Positions 27,991 through 37,650 of a stretch of DNA of 64,000 bases are shown piece after piece. The stretch's first letter is position 1. Each line of letters begins with the position of its first letter. The stretch comes from Blastocatellia bacterium (GTDB lineage: Bacteria; Acidobacteriota; Blastocatellia; UBA7656): contig CAVXWP010000008.1 in assembly GCA_963765495.1 (NCBI GenBank), forward strand, positions 704,001-768,000. Direction: 5' to 3'. The translations under genes were made by a program, and so were the position numbers. The notes under the pieces were generated by a model, which was given only the letters and a program-made list of their open reading frames with translations, was not told the origin of the DNA and did not search any database.

Positions 27991-28959
27991 ATGGCGCGAT
28001 ATGACGAAAAACCGATTGACCTCTCGGGGATTTCCACCTATCCCCTCGCTTCTCGCCCAAGTAAAGTGACCGTAAGTGACTTCGCCAAACCTTCGACGGC
28101 AAACCAGACAACAAGAGAATTCCTGGGTAGTCTGCCGAACATCCTTGCCGCGCGTGACCTGCTTGAGCTGGCCCGAGCTATCGTGCGAGCAAAGCAAAGC
28201 GGGAAAGCGATAATCATCGGAATGGGAGGACACGTCATAAAGACAGGCGTCGGGCCTGTTTTGATTGATCTGATGAAGCGCGGATTTGTTACCGCATTTG
28301 TTATGAACGGCTCGGCTATGATTCACGATTTCGAGATAGCGATAACCGGCGCGACATCCGAAGACGTGGATGCGACATTGGGCTCAGGCGGTTTTGGGAT
28401 GGCCGAAGAAACCGGCCGTAATATCAATGAGGCAATCAATTCAGGGGCAGGCGACCAGATAGGCATGGGCGAAAGTATAGGCCGAAAACTTCACCAGATG
28501 GCTCCGCCCTTTGCCGACAAATCTGTGCTTTATTCAGCCTATGAATCTCGAATTCCGGTTACCGTTCACGTGGCGATTGGAACCGACATCATTCACATCC
28601 ACCCGTCGGTTGACGGAGCATCCGCCGGTCAGACATCGCACCAGGACTTCCGACTTCTCTGCTCACTTGTCCGAGGCCTCGATGGCGGAGGCGTCTATTT
28701 GAACCTGGGCTCGGCTGTGGTCCTGCCCGAGGTCTTTTTGAAGACAGTAACCGTTGTGCGCAACCTGGGACACGGGCTGGAAAATTTCACAACGGCAAAC
28801 TTTGATTTCATCCAGCATTATCGACCAGTGACAAACGTAGTACGCAGGCCGGTGGCCGGTAGCGGAAGAGGATTTTCATTTACAGGCCATCACGAATTGA
28901 TGATTCCACTCCTTGCAGCCGCAGTTCTCTCTGAGTCGGAAATCTCTCCAGATAAATGA
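27991..28959 (+). CDS. Conserved protein of probable deoxyhypusine-synthase-like fold
   Basis: GGHVIKTG, MNGS..IHDFE, TVHVAIGTDI, NLGSAVVLPEVFLK, GHHELMIP. Starts 3 nt after gmhA. Confidence 0.7.
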   Translation: MARYDEKPIDLSGISTYPLASRPSKVTVSDFAKPSTANQTTREFLGSLPNILAARDLLELARAIVRAKQSGKAIIIGMGGHVIKTGVGPVLIDLMKRGFVTAFVMNGSAMIHDFEIAITGATSEDVDATLGSGGFGMAEETGRNINEAINSGAGDQIGMGESIGRKLHQMAPPFADKSVLYSAYESRIPVTVHVAIGTDIIHIHPSVDGASAGQTSHQDFRLLCSLVRGLDGGGVYLNLGSAVVLPEVFLKTVTVVRNLGHGLENFTTANFDFIQHYRPVTNVVRRPVAGSGRGFSFTGHHELMIPLLAAAVLSESEISPDK

Positions 28960-28982
28960 GAGTTCAGTTTTGATGATTCAGG

Positions 28983-29942
28983 ATGCAATTCACACTGGAC
29001 AAGAGTCAAAACAGCACGCTCTTTGAGCAGGCCCGCGAACAGTTGATCACGGCCTTGCACGTGGGAAAGCTTAAGGCTGGCGACCGCTTGCCGAGCGTGC
29101 GACAACTGGCAAAACACAACAGCGTGAATCACAAGACCGCGTTCGCAATCTATCAAAGATTGAGCGCAGACGGTTACATCGAGCTTCGCACAGGTTCCGG
29201 GGCCTTTGTATCCAAAGTAGAACAGGGAGACCTGGATCAGATTTACTGCCTCTCGATACTACGGTTGATAAGGTCGAGTATCGCGCAGGCAGATCAACTG
29301 AAACTTGACCCCGATAAGTTCTCGCGGCTTCTGCGAAACTTTGTCAATCAATCCGATCTGGGCAGCATTCAGGTCGCCGTGGTCGAATGCAACGAAGAAC
29401 AGGTCAATCTCTTCACCGAAGAGATAAGATGCCGTCTTGGTTTGCGGGTTTTTCCCCTTTTGATCGAGCGGCTGAAGAAATCCGACAACCGGCTGTCGAA
29501 ATTTCTATCACGCATGGACCTGTTTATTACAACCGGGTATCACTTTTCTGAGGTTAAAGAAATTATCTCTCCATACGGCAAAAAGATACTCGAACTTCGC
29601 TTGAACCCGGCCTTTCTGACGGGGCTGATCGCGGCCGCCCGCAGGGGGAAAGTGCTTATGATCGTGTCGAATAAGAGTTATTTCCCGGCCTTTCGCCAGG
29701 CCTTATTGAGCACAGGAACACCTGCACCTGTCGTAAATAATCTGACCCCGATTGATGACTCTAACCTGAATCAAATCCGGGCCGCGATTTCTGATGCCAG
29801 CTTCGCCTATATATCCCCGATCTGCCGCCCCCAGGTCCGCACCGTCATCCCACAGGGCATTGAAGAGATTCGCGTTGATACTACCTTATCGGAAGAATCG
29901 CTTGACCTCCTCCAGGCTTTCACCCTTCTCCACACCCTGTAA
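28983..29942 (+). CDS. GntR-family regulator (YtrA/PlmA-like HTH with an extended C-terminal domain)
   Basis: GDRLPSVRQLA...YQRLSADGYIELRTGSGAFV. Confidence 0.9.
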   Translation: MQFTLDKSQNSTLFEQAREQLITALHVGKLKAGDRLPSVRQLAKHNSVNHKTAFAIYQRLSADGYIELRTGSGAFVSKVEQGDLDQIYCLSILRLIRSSIAQADQLKLDPDKFSRLLRNFVNQSDLGSIQVAVVECNEEQVNLFTEEIRCRLGLRVFPLLIERLKKSDNRLSKFLSRMDLFITTGYHFSEVKEIISPYGKKILELRLNPAFLTGLIAAARRGKVLMIVSNKSYFPAFRQALLSTGTPAPVVNNLTPIDDSNLNQIRAAISDASFAYISPICRPQVRTVIPQGIEEIRVDTTLSEESLDLLQAFTLLHTL

Positions 29943-29975
29943 GACGCGTCACCTTTCGCCTTAGAGACATATCTT

Positions 29976-30026
29976 ACTGGAACAGTTTCTATCAACCATT
30001 AAAATTGTTCCATTTGCCTGGAACGA
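29976..30026. promoter_or_regulatory. Candidate operator (TGGAAC half-sites) upstream of the TonB-dependent receptor
   Basis: ACTGGAACAGT and the inverted pair GTTCCA-N6-TGGAAC. Confidence 0.35.
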
Positions 30027-30251
30027 TTTCCATGTTATGCTCTTGCCGCTTGAATAAATAGAAGCCAGTGGAAGCCGAAATAGTCCGGCCTGATAGCTGT
30101 TTTTCAGGCCGGCAAAAGACAGGGAGATGTGTGCTCATTCACTTTTCCTGTCATTCGGCAATCTGGCCAGAACTCGGGCCACTTGGCCGAGGACCCGGTT
30201 GATTGCCTCATTGACCATTCCAATATTTACGCTCACAAGAAAGGAGACGTT

Positions 30252-33194
30252 ATGATCAGGAGACTGACTTGCTTTGCAATGACTCTCTTATTACTGAGTA
30301 GCGCGGTGCCTGTCTTTGCACAGGAAGGCACATCGGTGCTCAGGAGCACAATTACCGATTCTACCGGTGCAGTAGTAGCAGGCGCTCAGGTTTCCATCGC
30401 CAACCAGGCGACGGGGCTCAATCGTCGCTCTGCAAAGACGAATGATGAGGGAATAGCGATTTTCCCGTCGCTCATTCCCGGAAAGTATCGCGTCACGGTA
30501 GAGTCGCAGGGGTTTAAGACCACTGTGCGCGAAGGCGTAGGGCTTGAGGTTGGAGAGACACAGGACCTAAAAGTATCACTCGAAGTAGGGGCAACAGATG
30601 AAACAGTAAACATATCTGGAGACGCGCCTATAATCGAGACATCCTCAAAGGAGATCGGCGGTCATATCGGCGAACAGGAGTTGATCGAGTTGCCCTCGAT
30701 CAATCGAAATTTCATTGGTTTTGTCGGGTTGCTTCCAGGCGTGGTTCCCTTTATCAGCACGGAATCATTCGGGTCAGATTCCGTGAGCGTAAACGGGCAG
30801 GACCCGCGTTTCAACAACTACCTGCTTGACGGGTCAAACAACAACGACGATGTCATAGGACAGCGGGCAGGCGCGCAGACTCGCACGGCACTCGAATCCG
30901 TGCAGGAATTTCAGGTTCTCACAAATCAGTTTGATGCCGAGTTCGGACGCACATCCGGGGCAATAATCAACGCGATTACCAAGTCGGGCACAAATCAGTT
31001 TCACGGCAGCGGATATGGCTTCTTTCAGGATAATTCCCTGAATTCCAGCGACAGGTTTGCGATTCTCAATGAACTGGAAGAGCCTGATACCAACATGAAA
31101 CAGTATGGTTTCACAATAGGCGGCCCGATCAAACGAGACCTGGCTCATTTCTTCTTTGGACTGGAACGGACCAGAATCGCGGAAGGAATAATCATCGACA
31201 TCCCGGCAGCGCCACAATTCAACGCCACCACGACCGAAGATACAAAGGCGCTCAACACGACACTGCGCTTCGACACGCAGCCGTCTAAAAATAATCAGAT
31301 CGCTTTTCGATGGTTGAGAGAAAGCTCTCCGCAATTTAACCAGATCATTGGAGCGGTTACGCTGGATGCGGCACGTGAAGAGGCCGACGTGGACCAGACC
31401 TATGTGGGAAGCTGGACAGCTATCTTTAGCCCCACGATTGTCAATGATGTGCGTGTATCATTCACGCGAGAGAACGTAGCATTCGCAAACCCCGGTTTCA
31501 ATTCCGGGAAGTCTATGGCGGAACTTCCGCCGACTCTGGCCTTTCTTTCCTTTTCGGCTCAACAGAGCAACGTCGCGCAAGCCCGTATCAATAATTCCTA
31601 TCGCATAGCCGATACGGTCTCTTTGATTCGGGGACCGCACTCACTGAAGTTTGGGTTCGATTATAACTATGTCACGGCCGACAATCTCGATGAGGGATTC
31701 CTGAACGGCCAGTTCAATTTTCCCACAAACCTTCCGTTCGATGCGGGCGATCCAAGGACCTACCCGGAAAGACTCTTTATTCGAGTGGGTGGTCCTCTAA
31801 AGTTTGTTCTGGTCAATCACAACCCGAGCGCATTTGCTCAGGATAACTGGAAAGTATCCAACAAGCTGATGCTCAATCTCGGCGTGCGATACGATGATGA
31901 AACGATTTCGAAGGACAATAACAATTTCTCGCCCAGGCTTGGATTCGCTTTTGACCCGACAGGCGACGGCAAGACGGTTATCCGTGGAGGATACGGCTGG
32001 TTTTTTCAAAACACACCTTTCGAGTTGATAACCGCCTTTCGCACAAACGGGCCTTTCTCAAGCTCATTCATTCAGGCGTTCCCAGGAAGTTCGTTTGACC
32101 CTGGCCCGAGGGCCGGGCGATTGCCCACAGACCCGACTCTCAGAAACGGCCCCACTGTGGATCGCAATCTGATAAATACACTTGTCGGGACAGGGGCGCT
32201 GCTTCCAAACACATCGCCTTTCTTTGATACGACAGACCGAAAGATGCCCTATGTGCGTTCGGTATCATTTGGTTTCCAGCGCGAACTGATGGCCAACACC
32301 GCCGTTACGGTTGATTACATTCATCAGGACGGGGTAGATCAGTTTGTGCAGGTACAATTGAACCCGGGAACGCGAGCTACCACAAGCGCTTCATCGCCGA
32401 TTGTTCGGAGATTTGCTACGCTCGGCGAAGTGGTTCAAAACAGCTTTGCTTCATTAGACACCGCCCCGTTTGCCAATCTTCCTTTTGAATTGGTGAGGGC
32501 AGTAAATCCTCAGACTCGCCTCAACTTAGGAGAGACCAATTATGACGCTCTTCAAATCTCTCTGGATAAGCGATACAGCCACGGATTTCAATTGAAGGGG
32601 TCTTACACGCTGGCAAAGAGCCGGGGTAATATCGGCGCGAACGGAGCACCGGCGGCAAACTTCCAACTGCTGGATGACCCGCGTCTTGAACTAAACGAAG
32701 GGCCTACGGATTTCGACATCCGGCACAATTTCGTCTTCAGCGGATTGTGGCAGGTTCCTCACACTCGCGGGTTGGTCATCAGCACGATAATGAGGGCGCT
32801 GTCAGGTTCTCCATTCACGATTCTGGATACGACCGTGGACCCGGATCAAAACGGCATCACCTTCGATCCGCTTCCGGCCGGGAGCTTTTCCAGTTCTCGT
32901 AGTTTCAAGAACGGCGAAACGCTCGATTTCGCATTCGAGAATGATGGAGGACGCAACGGCGCGCGAGGACCAAAATACCTCTCCGTTGATCTGCGGTTGG
33001 CCTATAAGTACAACTTTACTGAGCGTGTAAAGGCCGGGTTTACCTTTGAGGTGTTCAACCTCACCAATCGGACAAATTTCGATGGGGCCACGATCAGCGG
33101 CAACTTCTTTAACGGAGGTAACGCGAATTTCCTGATCCCCACAGGGTCGAGGGGGCCTCGGATATTACAACTCGGTTTCCGGGTAAGTTTCTAA
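30252..33194 (+). CDS. TonB-dependent receptor, Oar-like, with an N-terminal carboxypeptidase-regulatory-like domain
   Basis: SD AAGGAG, signal peptide, TITDSTGAVVAGA, EFQVLTNQFDAEFGR, TKSGTNQFHGS, NLGVRYD, FSPRLGFA, terminal QLGFRVSF. Confidence 0.93.
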   Translation: MIRRLTCFAMTLLLLSSAVPVFAQEGTSVLRSTITDSTGAVVAGAQVSIANQATGLNRRSAKTNDEGIAIFPSLIPGKYRVTVESQGFKTTVREGVGLEVGETQDLKVSLEVGATDETVNISGDAPIIETSSKEIGGHIGEQELIELPSINRNFIGFVGLLPGVVPFISTESFGSDSVSVNGQDPRFNNYLLDGSNNNDDVIGQRAGAQTRTALESVQEFQVLTNQFDAEFGRTSGAIINAITKSGTNQFHGSGYGFFQDNSLNSSDRFAILNELEEPDTNMKQYGFTIGGPIKRDLAHFFFGLERTRIAEGIIIDIPAAPQFNATTTEDTKALNTTLRFDTQPSKNNQIAFRWLRESSPQFNQIIGAVTLDAAREEADVDQTYVGSWTAIFSPTIVNDVRVSFTRENVAFANPGFNSGKSMAELPPTLAFLSFSAQQSNVAQARINNSYRIADTVSLIRGPHSLKFGFDYNYVTADNLDEGFLNGQFNFPTNLPFDAGDPRTYPERLFIRVGGPLKFVLVNHNPSAFAQDNWKVSNKLMLNLGVRYDDETISKDNNNFSPRLGFAFDPTGDGKTVIRGGYGWFFQNTPFELITAFRTNGPFSSSFIQAFPGSSFDPGPRAGRLPTDPTLRNGPTVDRNLINTLVGTGALLPNTSPFFDTTDRKMPYVRSVSFGFQRELMANTAVTVDYIHQDGVDQFVQVQLNPGTRATTSASSPIVRRFATLGEVVQNSFASLDTAPFANLPFELVRAVNPQTRLNLGETNYDALQISLDKRYSHGFQLKGSYTLAKSRGNIGANGAPAANFQLLDDPRLELNEGPTDFDIRHNFVFSGLWQVPHTRGLVISTIMRALSGSPFTILDTTVDPDQNGITFDPLPAGSFSSSRSFKNGETLDFAFENDGGRNGARGPKYLSVDLRLAYKYNFTERVKAGFTFEVFNLTNRTNFDGATISGNFFNGGNANFLIPTGSRGPRILQLGFRVSF

Positions 33195-33244
33195 ATCACT
33201 CCGCAAGAGATTGGTACAAATGAGTGTGAATGGAATGCATCTCG

Positions 33245-33389
33245 GAATAGGCCGGGACGGACGCGGATCGGGCGGGTTTTCGCGGATTGGCTCAAACTAG
33301 GTCAGATCCGCGCTGATCCGCCCGATCCGCGTCCGTCCCGGCCTATTCACATTTTCCTATGCTAAAGTTTGGAAAACTGAATGCCCCTG
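33245..33389. repeat. Composite intergenic repeat, copy 3 (31-bp perfect inverted repeat plus 21-mer)
   Basis: GAATAGGCCGGGACGGACGCGGATCGGGCGG at 33245-33275 and its exact reverse complement at 33318-33348. 21-mer at 33369-33389. Confidence 0.85.
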
Positions 33390-33495
33390 CCCTGACGACC
33401 AGTTTCTTGTTGAAAAACTCACCTCCGATTGATAGATCAAACAAAGCTGGTCTATGATTGCCTTTGCAAATTTCTTTATTGGAGAGGCTATTTTC

Positions 33496-34482
33496 ATGAG
33501 ATATAAGCTGTCGGTCATCGTAATCCTTGCCAGTTCTTTTCTGTTCAACCTCTCGCCTTCAGCGCAATCAAATGGTTCATCAATCGACAAAACATCCGTC
33601 CGCCAGGTGGCGATAACTATTGATGATCTGCCTTTTGTTTCGGCTTCACCTCTGGATGAAGTGACCCTGAGACATTTGACTGCCAAACTCTTGAAGGCCG
33701 CTACATCGAACGGTGTCCCGGTTACAGGGTTTGTGAATGAAAACAAGCTTGAGCGTGAAGGCAAGCTTGATCCATCCCGGGTTGATCTGTTGAGAATGTG
33801 GCTTGATGCGGGACTGGATTTAGGCAACCACACTTTCTCGCACATAGACTTTAACAAGACTCCTCTCGAAGAGTTTGAGCAGGATGTGATCCGTGGAGAG
33901 ACGGTGACGAAACATCTGCTCGCTGATAAAGGGAAACAACTCCGCTATTTTCGCCATCCATTTCTACACACGGGAAAGGACCTTGAGACAAAAAAAGCCT
34001 TCGAAGATTTTCTGGCGGAGCGAGGATACACGATAGCCCCTGTCACTGTAGACACATCAGATTGGATATTCGCGCGAGCCTACGACAAAGCGGCCCTTAA
34101 CGGTGACGCAAAGACGATGAAGAGCATCGGCGATGCATACATCCCATATATGGACCAGAAATTTGCGTATTACGAATCGCAATCGAATAAACTGCTTGGC
34201 AGTGAGATAAGGCAAATACTCCTGATTCATGCCAACACTCTCAATGCCGATCATCTCGGTGACCTTATCGAAATACTCAAGAGACGCGGGTACAGGTTTA
34301 TCAGTCTTGAAGAGGCGTTAAAGGACGACGCCTACAAAACACCCGACACGTTCATAAGTTCCGCAGGCATTTCCTGGCTTCACAGATGGGCCTATGTTAA
34401 AGGACACAGGGGAGAATATTTTAAAGGCGAACCGACTGTACCTGAGTTCGTAATGAAACTGGCCGGAGTCACATCCGAATAG
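33496..34482 (+). CDS. Exported polysaccharide deacetylase (CE4/NodB family)
   Basis: Signal peptide, AITIDDLP, GNHTFSH, YFRHPF, ILLIH. Confidence 0.9.
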   Translation: MRYKLSVIVILASSFLFNLSPSAQSNGSSIDKTSVRQVAITIDDLPFVSASPLDEVTLRHLTAKLLKAATSNGVPVTGFVNENKLEREGKLDPSRVDLLRMWLDAGLDLGNHTFSHIDFNKTPLEEFEQDVIRGETVTKHLLADKGKQLRYFRHPFLHTGKDLETKKAFEDFLAERGYTIAPVTVDTSDWIFARAYDKAALNGDAKTMKSIGDAYIPYMDQKFAYYESQSNKLLGSEIRQILLIHANTLNADHLGDLIEILKRRGYRFISLEEALKDDAYKTPDTFISSAGISWLHRWAYVKGHRGEYFKGEPTVPEFVMKLAGVTSE

Positions 34483-34559
34483 ACGCCCCGTTGCGTTCAC
34501 TGGCCACGAGGCATCTATTCGAGACTGTCGAAGTCATCCGGTATTCCGATTAATTCGAG

Positions 34560-35303
34560 TTAATCAATCGGTCGAATGGGGCCTTCCGTGCGACCAAGCG
34601 TCTTTGGCGAATCGGCTTCAGGGTCATCGGGGGGAGAGACTAGGTTGCCCGAGGAGGGTTGCGGCACAGTGGCGTTTGACTGCGCTTCGCTTCCGCCAAT
34701 TCCCTGTTTATAACGAGCCAGTAACTCATCGGCCGCCGCGCGAGCGCGTTGAGTTTCAAGCTCATGATCGGCCGCCGCAATCTCTGCATCCGCAGATGAA
34801 ATCGCCGACCTGTTCAAGCGAGCGCGCATTTCATCGAGGGTAGAGGCCGGGTCCATCGGATCGAATGGCGATTGAATCCCGGCAATGTTCTCCCGCATCG
34901 ATGTGAGGTGAGTTTCAGCGGCAAGCTCTTCGCCCATTCTCCGTCGTTCCTCGCGCAGAGATGCCGCCCGAGCAGCCGAGGAATTGGCTTCGCTGATCTG
35001 CTTTTTCAACAGATCGCGGTGGTTGGAAAGCGTGACCAATTGATTTACTGCATTGGTGGCGGCGGATTCATTACCCTGGTCACGGGCCATCCGCTCTCGT
35101 TCGGCCACACCGATTATCTTCAACTCCACTTCGGCCAGTTCTTTTTCAAACATCTTTATCGAAGCCCGCGTCTGAACCTCCAGCTCATTCAGCCGCGCCA
35201 TCTCTGCCCGCGTGATCGCCCGCACATCCTTATCGGGTCCGCTCGCGCGGTTTATCATATCGTCGAGATAAGAGTTGATCAGTCGTTTAGTGCGTTCCCA
35301 CAT
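34560..35303 (-). CDS. PspA/IM30 (Vipp1/ESCRT-III)-like coiled-coil protein
   Basis: N-terminal amphipathic helix MWERTKRLINSYLDDMINRA, long coiled coils, ADELLARYK near the end, Pro-rich tail. Confidence 0.7.
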   Translation of the reverse strand: MWERTKRLINSYLDDMINRASGPDKDVRAITRAEMARLNELEVQTRASIKMFEKELAEVELKIIGVAERERMARDQGNESAATNAVNQLVTLSNHRDLLKKQISEANSSAARAASLREERRRMGEELAAETHLTSMRENIAGIQSPFDPMDPASTLDEMRARLNRSAISSADAEIAAADHELETQRARAAADELLARYKQGIGGSEAQSNATVPQPSSGNLVSPPDDPEADSPKTLGRTEGPIRPID

Positions 35304-35348
35304 CCCTTTGCCTCTGTCCTCAATTATTATACCCGCGCGCGGAGACGG

Positions 35349-36059
35349 TCAATGTTGAGAATCGCGTTCGGGTGCGTCCTGCTGGATCGGTCTGGGGCCG
35401 GGCGAAGCCTGTTGGATGACCGGCAGGGTCAAAGGCTTTACAAATTTTATGCGAAAGACCGCGCCGGGCTGAACCCGCACTTCGCCGCCCTTTGTCAGTA
35501 AAACACCGCCAAGCAGGCTCCCTAATATCATAGCGCCACCGGCAGCCGCAGGGCCTCCGACCAGTACGGTCCCGATACCCGCTGCGCCTCCTATCGTCCC
35601 GGCGTCTCTAGTATTTTCGACGGTTCTCTTACCGCTGCGCTTGCCCTTTACTTTCCCTTCGTCATCGGCCTTTAGTTTATCGTCGTTATCCCAATCGTCA
35701 ATAGAGGTCAGCACAACCGACACATTCTCCTCACCCCAGGGCATGGCAACTTTCTCAAAAATGATAGAGAGTTTCCCGTTCTTCTGCCCCCGCCCGGCGG
35801 GTGCTACCTCGGTTATTCGACCGTGGAATTCGGTTCCTCGGGGCAAAACCAGTTTATTGTCTACATAGATCGGGTCATTTAGAACTGCCGTTATCGTATC
35901 GCCTACTTCGTTCAGCTTGGAACTGAGTTGTGTTTGGAGAACCAGACGCGCTTTGGTTTCGGGTTCGATTGTGGCTTCGTTGGCTGCCTGGGACCAGGCG
36001 GGCGCAACGCTACTAATTTGAATCGCGCAAAGCATGATTGCGCAAATAACCTTTCTCAT
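35349..36059 (-). CDS. Exported TrbI/VirB10-like beta-domain protein with a glycine-rich hydrophobic hairpin
   Basis: SD AGGAGGT, signal peptide, LQTQLSSK...GD.ITA.L..PI....VLPRGT.F.G.I, GAAGIG...GGVLLTKG. Confidence 0.65.
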   Translation of the reverse strand: MRKVICAIMLCAIQISSVAPAWSQAANEATIEPETKARLVLQTQLSSKLNEVGDTITAVLNDPIYVDNKLVLPRGTEFHGRITEVAPAGRGQKNGKLSIIFEKVAMPWGEENVSVVLTSIDDWDNDDKLKADDEGKVKGKRSGKRTVENTRDAGTIGGAAGIGTVLVGGPAAAGGAMILGSLLGGVLLTKGGEVRVQPGAVFRIKFVKPLTLPVIQQASPGPRPIQQDAPERDSQH

Positions 36060-36172
36060 ATTTCACCTCCTGAATCAGGCAGCCGAGTGACGCTGGTAGA
36101 TATTAAAACAGGCTTCCCACCCGGTCAAGATGGCGCGACGGCTTAAACAGGATACCGATTCCTGATGAGCTT

Positions 36173-37561
36173 TCAACCTATGGCTTGTTTGATAGTCGAA
36201 GCCAGGCGGTTGGCCTGCTCTTCAATTGTCGTCTGGTCTTCGCCTTCTATCATGACGCGAGCTAGATTCTCTGTCCCCGAATACCGAACGAGCAAGCGCC
36301 CGCGACCTTGCATCTCTTCTTCAAATTGCGAGATTTCATTGCTCACCTTAGGCAAACTCTCGATTGGCGGCTTCGAGCGCACCGGGACATTTATGAGAAC
36401 CTGCGGAAATCGTTTCATCTCTGCCGCAAGGTCGTCAAGCCTGCGCCCGGATTCCACTACCGCGCGCAAGACTTCGATCCCCGTAATCAGCCCATCGCCC
36501 GCGAGCGATATATCAGGGAAAATAATGTGGCCCGACTGCTCTCCCCCGAGTTTCCCTCCTCGCCTCAACAAATCATCCAGTACGTTTCTGTCACCCACCT
36601 GAGCCCTAATCATCTCGATCTCATTTTCCCGCAGAGCGATCTCAAGCCCTATATTGCTCATCACTGTGGCAACAACCAGATTGCCGGAAAGCAGACCGCG
36701 CGATTGCAAATTCCTTGCAAGGATCAGAAGCATCTGATCGCCGTCGATGACTTTTCCGCTCGAATCTATAAAGAGAGCCCTGTCGGCATCTCCATCAAAG
36801 GCGATCCCCATCTGAAGGCCGTTCTCAAGTACGAAGTTTTGAAGTAATTCCAGATGCGTGGAACCGCAACCCTCGTTTATGTTACGCCCATCGGGTGATA
36901 CCGCGATTGCGCTGACCACGGCGCCCAGTCGCTCGAACAGTGGAGGAGCTATCGCGGAAGCCGCCCCGTTGGCGCAATCCAACCCGAGCCGCAACCCGCT
37001 GAGGTCTAGCCCGCGACCTATCTCATCCGCAAGGTAATCCAGATACATTCCGCAATACTCGTTTTGACAATTCTCCAGGTCTTCCTGTGGCGCAAGAGTG
37101 GCAGCATCCGTGATTCCCTGTTTATTGGAAGTATCCAAATGCTCGGCGAGAAATGCTTCGATTTTGCGCTCAATCTGATCTGCCAATTTTTCCCCGGTCG
37201 GAGTAAAGACTTTGATTCCATTGTCGCGGTAAGGATTGTGTGAGGCAGAAATGACTATGCCCGCGTCGAAGCGCTCGCTTCGGGTAATAAAGGCGATACC
37301 GGGCGTGGTGATAATCCCGGCAGATTTCAACTTTGCCCCGGCAGCGAAAATGCCTCGCGCAAGGAGTCGCTCAATTTGAGGCCCCGACTCGCGGGTGTCG
37401 CGCCCAATTATAATTTGGGGCGAGTGCCCGAGGCTTTCAGACAGGATCACGGCTATCGACCGCCCTATCATTTCTACGGTTGCATCGTCGAGCGGGAACT
37501 CGCCCGCCACTCCTCTGATTCCGTCGGTTCCAAACAGTTTTTGCGCCTCGCCTGTCGGCAT
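36173..37561 (-). CDS. glmM: Phosphoglucosamine mutase
   Basis: FGTDGIRG, ISASHNP, FDGDADR, GGEQSGH, VRYSGTE. Confidence 0.96.
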   Translation of the reverse strand: MPTGEAQKLFGTDGIRGVAGEFPLDDATVEMIGRSIAVILSESLGHSPQIIIGRDTRESGPQIERLLARGIFAAGAKLKSAGIITTPGIAFITRSERFDAGIVISASHNPYRDNGIKVFTPTGEKLADQIERKIEAFLAEHLDTSNKQGITDAATLAPQEDLENCQNEYCGMYLDYLADEIGRGLDLSGLRLGLDCANGAASAIAPPLFERLGAVVSAIAVSPDGRNINEGCGSTHLELLQNFVLENGLQMGIAFDGDADRALFIDSSGKVIDGDQMLLILARNLQSRGLLSGNLVVATVMSNIGLEIALRENEIEMIRAQVGDRNVLDDLLRRGGKLGGEQSGHIIFPDISLAGDGLITGIEVLRAVVESGRRLDDLAAEMKRFPQVLINVPVRSKPPIESLPKVSNEISQFEEEMQGRGRLLVRYSGTENLARVMIEGEDQTTIEEQANRLASTIKQAIG

Positions 37562-37650
37562 TTATGCATCTCTCCTTATAGGGGATTTCAATGACCAGCA
37601 CACCGGGCCCGGGAACTGGTCGGTATTTGAGTTTCAGCCTGAAGGCAAAG

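Noticed and set aside
35349-36059. Type IV secretion or conjugative element suggested by the VirB10-like gene
   Set aside because: No VirB4, VirD4, relaxase or integrase gene is in the window, and the gene sits among housekeeping genes.
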